Assembly (NCBI GenBank): GCA_043826455.1
Contig: JBDRQD010000048.1
Location: 96,001-160,000 of the forward strand
From: Candidatus Bathyarchaeota archaeon
GTDB taxonomy: Archaea > Thermoproteota > Bathyarchaeia > TCS64
Length of the DNA: 64,000 bases
Direction of reading: 5' to 3'
Part shown: positions 39,520 to 48,237 of the stretch, in pieces
Position numbering within the stretch: position 1 is the first letter of the stretch
Layout: every line of letters begins with the position of its first letter
The notes under the pieces: model-generated
Told to the model about the DNA's origin: nothing
What the model saw: only the letters and a program-made list of their open reading frames with translations
The model's database searches: none
Position numbers and translations under genes: made by a program

Positions 39520-40017
39520 TTACTCCAGGGTGATCCAGCCCTTCTCTATGGCGGTGATGCCGGTGCGGGCCGCCTCTATTATGCCTATGTGCTTGACCTC
39601 CCTCATGAACTCGGTGATCTCGTTCACGGAGCCGGTGACCTCGGCTATTATGGTGTCCGGCTTTATGTCCAGTATCTGGCCCTTGTAGCGGTTGATGGTG
39701 GCCAGAGCCTCCTCCTGGGCCATGGGGTCAGCGGTGCTCAGCTTCACCAGGGCCAGGTCCCGCTGGACGGTGCGCAGCGGGTCCAGGCGCTTCACCTTGA
39801 TGACGTCCACCATCTTCTCTATCTGCTCGACGAGCTTGGTGATCTCGTGGGCGTCTCCGCGGACCGTGATGGTGATCCGGGTGGTGTCCACGTCCTCGCC
39901 GGCGATGGCGGTGATGCTGTGGATGTTGAAGCCCTTGCGCCTGAAGTTGTTGCTGATGTTGAAGAGCACGCCGGGCTTGTTCTCCACCATGAGGCTGATA
40001 ACGTTTAGGGGCGTCAC
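39520..40017 (-). CDS. ilvH: acetolactate synthase small (regulatory) subunit, copy 2
   Basis: VENKPGVL..GFNIHSIT ACT domain, ARTGITAI. Confidence 0.9.
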   Translation of the reverse strand: MTPLNVISLMVENKPGVLFNISNNFRRKGFNIHSITAIAGEDVDTTRITITVRGDAHEITKLVEQIEKMVDVIKVKRLDPLRTVQRDLALVKLSTADPMAQEEALATINRYKGQILDIKPDTIIAEVTGSVNEITEFMREVKHIGIIEAARTGITAIEKGWITLE

Positions 40018-41702
40018 GGTAGATCATCCGTCAATATGTCCTTTAAACCCATCCCTGGGGGGATCATGGGGTACACGTTCTCCTCGGGGTCTATGGGCAC
40101 CTCTATCACCGTGGTGTAGTCCGCCGCAGCGGCTCTCCTCAGCTCCGTGTTCAGCTCCTTCATGGTCTCCGTCTTGACGCCGTGGGCTCCGTAGGTCTTG
40201 ACAAGCTCCGTGAAGTCCAAGGTGTAATCCCTTTTCACGGCCGAGTATCTGCCCCCCATGAAGAGGCGCTGCCACTGGGCCACCATGCCCAGCATCCTGT
40301 TGTTGAGCACCACCACCACTATGGGCAGGTCCTCGTCCACGGCTACCGCCAGGTTGTTCTCCGTCATGGCGAAGCTGCCGTCCCCGCTTATGTTCAGCAC
40401 CACCCTGTCGGGTCTGGCCGCCTTGGCGCCTATGGCTGCGGGGGTCCCCCACCCCATGGTGCCCAGGCCGCCGGAGGTGAGGAAGGTGCCGGGCTCGTAG
40501 ACGTCGTAGTGGAGGGCCGCCAGCATCTGGTGCTGGCCCACGTCGGTGGTCACCAAGGCGTCCCCGGGGAGGGCGCGTCTGATGGCCTTGATGACTGCGG
40601 GACCCGTTATCCCGTTGGCGTACTCCGGCACCTCGTAGCTGCGCCTGAACTCCTCTATCTTGTGGGCCCACTCGCCGTTGCCTCCCTCGGCCCTCCTCAG
40701 GGCCCTGATCTGTTCCACCAGGCCCCTGATGCAGGGCTTGGCGTCTCCCCAGACCTTGATGACGCTCTCCACGTTCTTGTCTATCTCGCTGCGGTCAATG
40801 TCCATGTGGATGATCCTGGCGCCTGGGGCGAACCCGGCCAGGGCCCCGGTGGTCCTGTCACTGAACCTGCTGCCCACCACCAGGAGCACGTCCGCGTCGG
40901 GCACTAGGTAGTTGGCCTCCGCCCTGCCGTGCATCCCCAGGAGCCCCAGGCTCAGGGGGTGGTTGCTGGGTATGGAGCCCTTGCCCATGAGGCTGGTGGC
41001 CGTGGGCGCCATGAGCAGCTCAGCCAGCTCGGTCAGCTCCCTGCCTGCCCCGGCGCTCACCACCCCACCGCCCGCCACTATGACGGGCTGCCTGGCCTCA
41101 GAGAGTACCTTGGCCGCCCACTCCAGCTCCGTGGGGTCCGGCTGTAACCTGGGCCTGTAGCCGGGGAAACTCACCTCGGCGTCGAAGTCCATGTCCGCGG
41201 ACTCTGTGGTGACGTTCTTGGGCAAGTCCACCAGCACGGCCCCCTTCCTGCCCGTGTTAGCCACATACATGGCCGCCTTCACGGCCCAGGGTATGCGCCC
41301 GGGCTCCCTCACCTGGTGGTTCCACTTGGTGATGCTGGCGGTGACGCCGATGATGTCCACCTCCTGGAAGGCGTCGGTGCCCACCATGCTCATGCTCACC
41401 TGGCCTGTGAAGGCCACCAGGGGGCTGCTGTCCAGCTGGGCCGTGGCGACGCCTGTGACTATGTTGGTGGCGCCGGGTCCGCTGGTCACCTGGACCACGC
41501 CGGGCCGCCCGGAGGCCCTGGCGTAGCCGTCGGCCATGTGGGCGCTGCCCTGCTCGTGGACGCCCGGCACGTACCTCATGTCGGTGTTCAGCATCTCGTC
41601 GCATATGGGTATCAGGGCCGCGCCCGTGATACCGAATACGTGTGTAACTCCCTCCTTCTCCAGGGCCCTGACGTAGGCCCTGGCTCCTGTCATCTCAGTC
41701 AT
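40014..41702 (-). CDS. ilvB: acetolactate synthase large subunit, copy 2
   Basis: HEQGSAHMADGYAR, TSGPGATN, GTDAFQE, SGGLGTMG, GDGSF..NN TPP motif. Confidence 0.95.
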   Translation of the reverse strand: MTEMTGARAYVRALEKEGVTHVFGITGAALIPICDEMLNTDMRYVPGVHEQGSAHMADGYARASGRPGVVQVTSGPGATNIVTGVATAQLDSSPLVAFTGQVSMSMVGTDAFQEVDIIGVTASITKWNHQVREPGRIPWAVKAAMYVANTGRKGAVLVDLPKNVTTESADMDFDAEVSFPGYRPRLQPDPTELEWAAKVLSEARQPVIVAGGGVVSAGAGRELTELAELLMAPTATSLMGKGSIPSNHPLSLGLLGMHGRAEANYLVPDADVLLVVGSRFSDRTTGALAGFAPGARIIHMDIDRSEIDKNVESVIKVWGDAKPCIRGLVEQIRALRRAEGGNGEWAHKIEEFRRSYEVPEYANGITGPAVIKAIRRALPGDALVTTDVGQHQMLAALHYDVYEPGTFLTSGGLGTMGWGTPAAIGAKAARPDRVVLNISGDGSFAMTENNLAVAVDEDLPIVVVVLNNRMLGMVAQWQRLFMGGRYSAVKRDYTLDFTELVKTYGAHGVKTETMKELNTELRRAAAADYTTVIEVPIDPEENVYPMIPPGMGLKDILTDDLP

Positions 41703-41788
41703 GTTTGGCTGCCTCCCACTCCCGCCTCACCTTGAAGGGCTGGGCGGGCACGTTAGTAGAAGTTTTACGTTTGGTTTCTCTGCGGGGT

Positions 41789-41812
41789 CTACCTAAGAAT
41801 ACGATACCCCAT
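41789..41812 (-). CDS. putative leader peptide uORF2 (MGYRILR) of ilvB copy 2
   Basis: GGAGGGG SD inside uORF1, TGA-ATG junction, positional homolog at 46627-46653. Confidence 0.55.
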   Translation of the reverse strand: MGYRILR

Positions 41813-41857
41813 TCAGCTCTGCCCCTCCGCTGGGGGCCCGACAAAACGATACCCCAT
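41813..41857 (-). CDS. putative leader peptide uORF1 (MGYRFVGPPAEGQS) of ilvB copy 2
   Basis: GAGGAG SD 7 nt upstream; homolog at 46654-46695. Confidence 0.55.
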   Translation of the reverse strand: MGYRFVGPPAEGQS

Positions 41858-41903
41858 TTTCAGTCTCCTCGTACCGTTCGTAATGTTGGATGAAGGCTCA
41901 CCT

Positions 41904-41911
41904 AATAAAAA
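41904..41911 (-). promoter_or_regulatory. TATA box of ilvB copy 2 leader
   Basis: CTTTTTATT conserved at the same offset in both ilvB leaders. Confidence 0.65.
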
Positions 41912-41943
41912 GGTTGTCAGTAACGCTTGTTGCATACGAGCGG

Positions 41944-42420
41944 CTAGGGCGGGAATAGGGGCACAAACTTGTAGGTATCGCTGAAGTCTATGCGGTTCTC
42001 CCCCAGCATGGTCTCTATCCTCATGGCGCCCTTGAACTCCCACTCCCAGACCCGGCTCGTCCGGGCAGCCTGTATGTGGGTGCCGCTGGTGGGTGGCAGC
42101 GTCAAGGTTCTCTCCACTATCTGGGGCGTCCCCCCCACCACGGTTATTGGGCCGGCTATGGTGTCCGTGGTCAGGGCCACGCCGTTGAGCATGACGCTGT
42201 AGGGCGTCTCCAGGACGGTGACGCGGACGCCCCGCGGGTTGGTGTACTTGAAGCTGAGGTACATTGTGGAGTCGGTGGGGGTGAACCCCATGATCTGGAC
42301 CTCCACATCCGTGTACATGGCCGACTTCACGTAGCCCCAGTAGTCCAGGGCCACGGCCGCCACTACGATGAGCACCAGCCCGAGGGCTATGAAGGCGGGC
42401 AGTTTCTTGCGCTCAGTCAT
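41944..42420 (-). CDS. membrane-anchored LEA type 2-like protein
   Basis: N-terminal TM; YTNPRG..YSVMLNG beta-sandwich pattern. Confidence 0.6.
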   Translation of the reverse strand: MTERKKLPAFIALGLVLIVVAAVALDYWGYVKSAMYTDVEVQIMGFTPTDSTMYLSFKYTNPRGVRVTVLETPYSVMLNGVALTTDTIAGPITVVGGTPQIVERTLTLPPTSGTHIQAARTSRVWEWEFKGAMRIETMLGENRIDFSDTYKFVPLFPP

Positions 42421-42487
42421 CGATGAATGTGGGGGCTCATGGCGAATAAAAGTGTGGCTTGTTTCAAATCACGTGTTATTTCAAGCA

Positions 42488-43237
42488 CTAGCTGAGCTTC
42501 TTGAAAACATATATTGCCCATCCCTGTGCGTCTCGTCCTTCCTCCAAGTACGCGTTCTTATATCCCAGAATCTTTGAGAGAAGCTCCTCGTTGTCAGGGT
42601 CGTCGGGGTTCTCAGTCAAGTGTTGCTCAACTGCCAGCCACTGGAGGCTCTCATAGTGATCCCAGTCATCCTCGTCGCTCATGATGGTGTAAACACACCT
42701 CATACCCATGTCCTCACCAACCCGTATGTTCTCGAGGTGGCTTCCGCAGTCCTCTTTCTTCATCTTCTGGGACTCAAGATACTCGTCACTCGGCTCCCTC
42801 ATCCAGAAGGGTTCGCCGACGACAACCCAGCCACCGGGGGCAGTCATCTCTGAGAGCGTCTTTAAGGTCCCTCTGTGGCCGCCGTAGACCCAGCTCGCGC
42901 CGATGCAGCTAGCTAAACGGAACTTCTCACAGTTTCTAGGCTTATAGTCCGCTCCATCCATCTCCAAGAAATCCAGGTCCGCCTCAGGCACCCGTCCCTG
43001 TTTCTTTTCTCTACAGTAACGGATACAGAACGGTGACTTGTCTACGCCGACCCCTGATACGTCGTACAGCTCAGCGAGCCTGACGAGGAACTCACCCTTA
43101 CCGCACGCGATGTCTAGAACACGGTCCTTCTTCTTCAAGGGAAGTACATCGCATAGCCTGTAGAATTTCTCCCTATTCATGGGGTTGCAGACGAGGTGCT
43201 TCTTATGGGTGATGTCGAAGAACTTCCAGCGGTCCAT
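42488..43237 (-). CDS. class I SAM-dependent methyltransferase
   Basis: VLDIACGKGE, GVGVD, SCIGASWVYGG, GEPFW. Confidence 0.88.
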   Translation of the reverse strand: MDRWKFFDITHKKHLVCNPMNREKFYRLCDVLPLKKKDRVLDIACGKGEFLVRLAELYDVSGVGVDKSPFCIRYCREKKQGRVPEADLDFLEMDGADYKPRNCEKFRLASCIGASWVYGGHRGTLKTLSEMTAPGGWVVVGEPFWMREPSDEYLESQKMKKEDCGSHLENIRVGEDMGMRCVYTIMSDEDDWDHYESLQWLAVEQHLTENPDDPDNEELLSKILGYKNAYLEEGRDAQGWAIYVFKKLS

Positions 43238-43345
43238 GCTTCATCAGCGAGGTCTATCGTTTAAAATAGTTACGTGAACACTGCGGGGGCACGTTAAACT
43301 ACGCTTTTGTACAACAAATAGGGAAATGAAGAGAATTGAGGGCGC

Positions 43346-44344
43346 CTACTTCTCCAATCCGCTCATCCTGCGGACCTGACGCCCGACCTTCTCGATCTCC
43401 AGGGCGTCGCACTCCGCCATGAGCTCCTCGAACTTCTTGGCCCCCGCCTTGCTCTCAGCGATCCAGGCCTTGGCGAAGCTGCCGTCACGGACCGCCTTCA
43501 GCGCCTCCCGCATGTTGGCCTCAACATGATCATCAACGATCACTGGGCCCACGGTCATGCCTCCCCACTTGGCGGTGTCGCTCACGGCCCGGTACATGCC
43601 TCCGATGCCGCTCTTGTATATGAGGTCCACTATGAGCTTCAGCTCGTTGCACACCTCGAAGTACGCCAGTTCAGGCGGGTACCCGGCCTCCGTAAGCACC
43701 TTGAAGCCGCGCCTGATGAGCTGGTCAACGCCTCCGCAGAGGACGGCCTGCTCGCCGAAGAGGTCCGACTCGGTCTCGTTCTTGTAGGTGGTCTCGATGA
43801 CGCCCGCCCGGCCGCTGCCCAGGGCCTTGGCTACGGCCAGGGCCTTCTTGAGGGCCTGGCCTGAGGCGTCCTGGTGGACCGCCACCAGTGCGGGGACCCC
43901 GAACCCGGCCTCGTACTGGCGCCTCATCTCGGGGCCTGGGCTCTTGGGGGCCACCATGATGACATCCACGTCCTTTGGCGGCTTAATCTCCCCGAAGTGG
44001 ATGTTGAACCCGTGGGCGAACTGGAGGGCCTTGCCCGGCGTCATGGCCAGGGCCACCTCCTCCTTGTAGACGCTAGGCTGCGCCATGTCCGGCATCAGCA
44101 TCAGCACCACGTCGCCCCTCTGGGCGGCCTCCAGGTGGGTCACGGGCTTGAACCCGTCCTCCTGGGCCCGCTTCCAGCTCTTCCCTCCGGGCCTGAGCCC
44201 CACCACTACGTTTACGCCGCTGTCCCTCATGTTGAGGGCCTGGGCTCTACCCTGGCTCCCGTAGCCTAGGACGGCCACGGTCTTTCCCTTCAAGACTGAC
44301 TCGTCTATGTCCTTGTCGTGGTAAACCTTCACCAATCTATTCAC
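43346..44344 (-). CDS. ilvC: ketol-acid reductoisomerase
   Basis: [44 protein letters not shown]. Confidence 0.97.
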   Translation of the reverse strand: MNRLVKVYHDKDIDESVLKGKTVAVLGYGSQGRAQALNMRDSGVNVVVGLRPGGKSWKRAQEDGFKPVTHLEAAQRGDVVLMLMPDMAQPSVYKEEVALAMTPGKALQFAHGFNIHFGEIKPPKDVDVIMVAPKSPGPEMRRQYEAGFGVPALVAVHQDASGQALKKALAVAKALGSGRAGVIETTYKNETESDLFGEQAVLCGGVDQLIRRGFKVLTEAGYPPELAYFEVCNELKLIVDLIYKSGIGGMYRAVSDTAKWGGMTVGPVIVDDHVEANMREALKAVRDGSFAKAWIAESKAGAKKFEELMAECDALEIEKVGRQVRRMSGLEK

Positions 44345-44830
44345 CTACAGTTTTAGCCGCCCCTTCTCCAGGGCGGTGACTCCCGTCCTCGACATCTCTA
44401 CGACGCCGACGCTCTTAACGTAATCCAGGAACTGGTCCAGCTCCTCGGGCGTCCCGCTCACCTCAGCCATGATGTTGTCCTCGTCTATGTCTAGGACCAG
44501 GCCGTGCTGGTTGTTGATGAGGCGCAGGGCGTCTTCCCGGGCCATGGGGTCCCTGGTACTCAGCTTCACCAGCAGCATCTCCCGCCGCACAATACGCAGC
44601 GGGTCCAGGCGCTTCACCTTCACCACCTCCACCATCTTGTCCAGCTGCTCCAGGAGGTTGTTCAGGGTCCTGGGGTCAGCCTCCACGGTGATGGTCATCC
44701 TGCTGTACCTGGAGTCCTCCAGGGCCCCCACGGTTATGCTGTCGATGTTGAAGCCCCGGCGCCTGAACAGGTTGCTCACGTTGAAGAGGACCCCCGGCTG
44801 GTTCTCCACCAGGAAGCTGACGGTGTGCAC
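44345..44830 (-). CDS. ilvH: acetolactate synthase small (regulatory) subunit, copy 1
   Basis: VENQPGVL..RRGFNIDSITVG, SRTGVTAL. Confidence 0.93.
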   Translation of the reverse strand: MHTVSFLVENQPGVLFNVSNLFRRRGFNIDSITVGALEDSRYSRMTITVEADPRTLNNLLEQLDKMVEVVKVKRLDPLRIVRREMLLVKLSTRDPMAREDALRLINNQHGLVLDIDEDNIMAEVSGTPEELDQFLDYVKSVGVVEMSRTGVTALEKGRLKL

Positions 44831-46519
44831 CTAGTCGGCCTCCATGAGGGTGTCCTTCAGCCCCATCCCCGGGGGCACCATGGGCATCACGTTCTCCTCG
44901 GGGTCGATGGGCACGTCGATGACAGTGGGCACGTCGGCCTTCATGGCCCTCCGCACCGCGGCCCTGAACTCGTCGTAGGAGGCCACCCTGACGCCCTCGG
45001 CCCCGTAGGCGCCGGCCAGCTTAACGAAGTCCGGGTTGCCCTTCAGCTTCACCGCCGAGTACCTGCGGTTGTAGAAGAGGCGCTGCCACTGGGCCACCAT
45101 GCCCAGCACGTTGTTGTTCAGCACCACCACTATGACGGGGAGCTCCTCCTCCACCGCCGTTGCCAGCCCGTTCTCCGTCATGCCGAAGCTGCCGTCCCCG
45201 GCGATGTCCACCACCGGGACCCCCGGCTTGGCCGCCTTGGCCCCGATGGCTGCGGGGAAACCCCACCCCATGGTTCCTAGGCCGCCGCTGGTGAAGAAAG
45301 TTCGGGGCATGTACGCGTCGAAGTGGAGGGCCGCCCACATCTGGTTCTGGCCCACCTCCGTGGTGACTATGGCGTCCCTGGGCAGCTCCTGCCGCAGGGC
45401 CCTGATGACCTTGGGGGCCCGCAGGTAGGGGGGCCTCTCCTCGCCGTTTTCACCCATGTCGCACCTGAGCTCCCCTATGCGTTTGGTCCACTCGGGGCTG
45501 GTCTTGACCGTGCGAAGCACCTTCACCCTGTCCAGGAGGCCCCTGAGGGCCAGCCCGGCGTCGCCCACCACCTTGGTCAATGTCTCTACGTTCTTATCGA
45601 TCTCGCTGCGGTCGATGTCTATGTGGATGACCTTGGTGTTGGGGGCGAACTCGCTGATCTTGCCGGTGGTCCTGTCGCTGAAGCGTGACCCCACCACCAG
45701 GAGCACGTCGGACTTGGGGACCATCATGTTGGCCTCCATGGTGCCGTGCATCCCGCAAAGGCCCAAGCTCAGGGGATGGTCGCTGGGTATGGCCCCCTTG
45801 CCCATGAGGCTGGTGGCCGTGGGCGCCAGCAGGAACTCGGCCAGGGCCGTAAGCTCACCGCTGGCCCCAGCCGCTATGACGCCGCCCCCGGCCATGATGA
45901 TGGGCCTCTCGGCCTCAGCCAGTATCTTGGCGGCCCAGTCCAGCTCCTCGGGGCTGGGCGCCTTCGGCGGCGAGTAACCTCTGAAGCTCACCTCTTCCGG
46001 GAACACCATCTCAGCTGACTCGGTGGTGCAGTCCTTGGGTATGTCCACCAGGACGGCCCCCTTCCTGCCCGTGTCGGCCACGTAGAAGGCCCTCTTCACG
46101 GCCACAGGAATCTCCTCCGGGCTCGTCACCGGGATGTTGTACTTGGTGACGCTGGCCGAGACCCCTATTATGTCGCACTCCTGGAAAGCGTCGGTCCCTA
46201 TCACAGGCCTGTTCACCTGGCCCGTGAAGGCTACCACGGGGCTGCTGTCGATCTGAGCAGTGGCCAGGCCCGTGACTAGGTTAGTGGCACCGGGCCCGCT
46301 GGTGGCCATGCAGACTCCCACCTTGTTGAGGGCCCGTGCGTAGCCGTCGGCCATGTGGGCGGCGCCCTGCTCGTGGCGCGCCAGGATGAACCTCATGTCG
46401 CTGTTGAGCAGCTCGTCGCATATGGGGATCAGTGAGCCGCCGCTGATGCCGAAGATGTGCCTGGTGCCCTCCCGCTCCAGGGCCTTGACGAAGGCGCGGG
46501 CCCCGGTCATCTCAGTCAT
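44831..46519 (-). CDS. ilvB: acetolactate synthase large subunit, copy 1
   Basis: RHEQGAAHMADGYAR, TSGPGATN, VGQNQMW, GDGSF..NN. Confidence 0.95.
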   Translation of the reverse strand: MTEMTGARAFVKALEREGTRHIFGISGGSLIPICDELLNSDMRFILARHEQGAAHMADGYARALNKVGVCMATSGPGATNLVTGLATAQIDSSPVVAFTGQVNRPVIGTDAFQECDIIGVSASVTKYNIPVTSPEEIPVAVKRAFYVADTGRKGAVLVDIPKDCTTESAEMVFPEEVSFRGYSPPKAPSPEELDWAAKILAEAERPIIMAGGGVIAAGASGELTALAEFLLAPTATSLMGKGAIPSDHPLSLGLCGMHGTMEANMMVPKSDVLLVVGSRFSDRTTGKISEFAPNTKVIHIDIDRSEIDKNVETLTKVVGDAGLALRGLLDRVKVLRTVKTSPEWTKRIGELRCDMGENGEERPPYLRAPKVIRALRQELPRDAIVTTEVGQNQMWAALHFDAYMPRTFFTSGGLGTMGWGFPAAIGAKAAKPGVPVVDIAGDGSFGMTENGLATAVEEELPVIVVVLNNNVLGMVAQWQRLFYNRRYSAVKLKGNPDFVKLAGAYGAEGVRVASYDEFRAAVRRAMKADVPTVIDVPIDPEENVMPMVPPGMGLKDTLMEAD

Positions 46520-46626
46520 GTTTGCTCAGCTCCCATGTTCTGCTGAGGCGGTACCCCGCCGGGGCTCCGCCGTGCTCTGGTTCTCGGACGCTAGAATACT
46601 TCTTAGCGTGGTTCAGTCGTTTGGGT

Positions 46627-46653
46627 CTACGATATAATAAAACGATACCCCAT
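46627..46653 (-). CDS. putative leader peptide uORF2 (MGYRFIIS) of ilvB copy 1
   Basis: GGAGGGGG SD inside uORF1, TAA-ATG junction. Confidence 0.55.
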   Translation of the reverse strand: MGYRFIIS

Positions 46654-46695
46654 TTAAGCCCCCTCCGCCCGGGGGTTGACAAAGCAATTCCCCAT
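46654..46695 (-). CDS. putative leader peptide uORF1 (MGNCFVNPRAEGA) of ilvB copy 1
   Basis: GGAG SD 8 nt upstream; homolog of 41813-41857. Confidence 0.55.
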   Translation of the reverse strand: MGNCFVNPRAEGA

Positions 46696-46741
46696 TTTTT
46701 GGTCTCCAGTTGGGTAGGTAACATGAAGGGCAGGGTGAGCC

Positions 46742-46749
46742 AATAAAAA
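46742..46749 (-). promoter_or_regulatory. TATA box of ilvBHC leader
   Basis: CTTTTTATT, same as in the second ilvB leader. Confidence 0.65.
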
Positions 46750-46966
46750 GCTTACTACTGTACGTATTCATACACACAAGCATAATTCCTGTTCCGAATG
46801 TCTCTCAGGTGAGGCGGGTTCTGGATAAACGACTAAAGTTGGACAGGCCTCATTTTCCCCATATCTTCAACGAGTCCAGGCAGCATTCATGCGGCTCACC
46901 GGGGCCGCGGCTCTCCGCCACCTTAACAGTTATCTCCTCGGCCCCAACAAATACATGAGGAAAGAT

Positions 46967-48187
46967 ATGAGCTACTTCACGCACCTTGATTGCTCGGCCT
47001 GCGGCGAGGAGCACGACGCCACCATCGTCCAGACCGTGTGCAAGAAATGTGGAAAACCTCTCCTGGCCAGGTACGACCTGGGGAGAGTAGCGGAGGAGGT
47101 GACCAAACGGGAGCTGGTGGGCCGAGAGGCCACCATGTGGAGGTACTGGGAGATGCTCCCCGTCAAGAGCAGGAAGAACGTGGTGAGCCTCGGGGAGGGG
47201 TGGACCCCCCTGACGCCTGCGCCCCGCCTCGGAGAGGAGATCGGGCTACCCGACCTCTTGGTCAAGGACGAGGGCGTCATACCCACGGGCAGCTTCAAGG
47301 CCCGCGGCCTGGCCATGGCCGTGAGCAAAGCCAAGGAACTAGGCATAAAGCGCGTCGCCCTGCCTTCGGCCGGCAACGCCGCCGGCTCCATGGCCGCCTA
47401 CGGGGCCCGCGCCGGGATGGAGGTCTACGTCTTCATGCCCAAGGACGCCCCCAAGGTGAACATGGTGGAGAGCGAGATCGTCGGCGCCAAGGTGGTGCTG
47501 GTGGACGGCTTCATCACCGACGCCGGGAAGCTGGTGAAGGAGGGCATCAGCGAGATGGGCTGGTTCAACGTGACCACCCTGGGCGAGCCCTACAGGATCG
47601 AGGGCAAGAAGACCATGGGCCTGGAGGTGGCCGAGCAGCTCGACTGGCGTCTCCCCGACGTGATAGTGTACCCAACAGGCGGAGGCACGGGCATCATAGG
47701 CATGTGGAAGGTCTTCGACGAGCTGGAGGAGATGGGCTGGATAGGCAGCGAGCGGCCCAGGATGGTGAGCGTCCAGGCCGAGGGCTGCGCCCCCATAGTC
47801 AAGGCCTACAACGAGGGCAAGAAGGAGTCGGAGTACTTCCAGAACGCCAAGACTCTGGCCGCCGGCCTTAGGGTACCCAAGGCCCTGGGCGACTTCCTGA
47901 TACTTAGGGCGGCCAGGGAGAGCGGAGGCACCTGCATAGCCGTCAGCGACGAGGAGATCATGGACAGCGTGGGCCAGATCGGCCGGGCCGAGGGTCTCTT
48001 CGCGTGCCCCGAGGGTGCGGCCACCCTGGCGGCCCTGAAGAAGATGCTGGCGGACGGTCAGGTGGACAGGGACGAGAAGGTGGTCCTCTTCAACACGGGT
48101 TCGGGCCTCAAGTACGTGGATCTGTTCGAGGTGCACGCCTCCGTGGCGGACCCCAGGAAGCCCTTCAACTACCGGAGCCTACTCTGA
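46967..48187 (+). CDS. thrC: threonine synthase
   Basis: N-terminal CxxC..CxxC, SLGEGWTPL, PTGSFKARG, EGKKTMG, PTGGGTG. Confidence 0.88.
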   Translation: MSYFTHLDCSACGEEHDATIVQTVCKKCGKPLLARYDLGRVAEEVTKRELVGREATMWRYWEMLPVKSRKNVVSLGEGWTPLTPAPRLGEEIGLPDLLVKDEGVIPTGSFKARGLAMAVSKAKELGIKRVALPSAGNAAGSMAAYGARAGMEVYVFMPKDAPKVNMVESEIVGAKVVLVDGFITDAGKLVKEGISEMGWFNVTTLGEPYRIEGKKTMGLEVAEQLDWRLPDVIVYPTGGGTGIIGMWKVFDELEEMGWIGSERPRMVSVQAEGCAPIVKAYNEGKKESEYFQNAKTLAAGLRVPKALGDFLILRAARESGGTCIAVSDEEIMDSVGQIGRAEGLFACPEGAATLAALKKMLADGQVDRDEKVVLFNTGSGLKYVDLFEVHASVADPRKPFNYRSLL

Positions 48188-48237
48188 CCCGTTCAGCAAC
48201 CTTTTTCCCCTACTACTCTTCTTTCACGCGATACATC

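Noticed and set aside
41798..41860. ACGATACCCCATT direct repeats as a mini-CRISPR
   Set aside because: Only two 13-bp copies per locus, conserved spacers, no cas genes; explained by tandem uORF starts.
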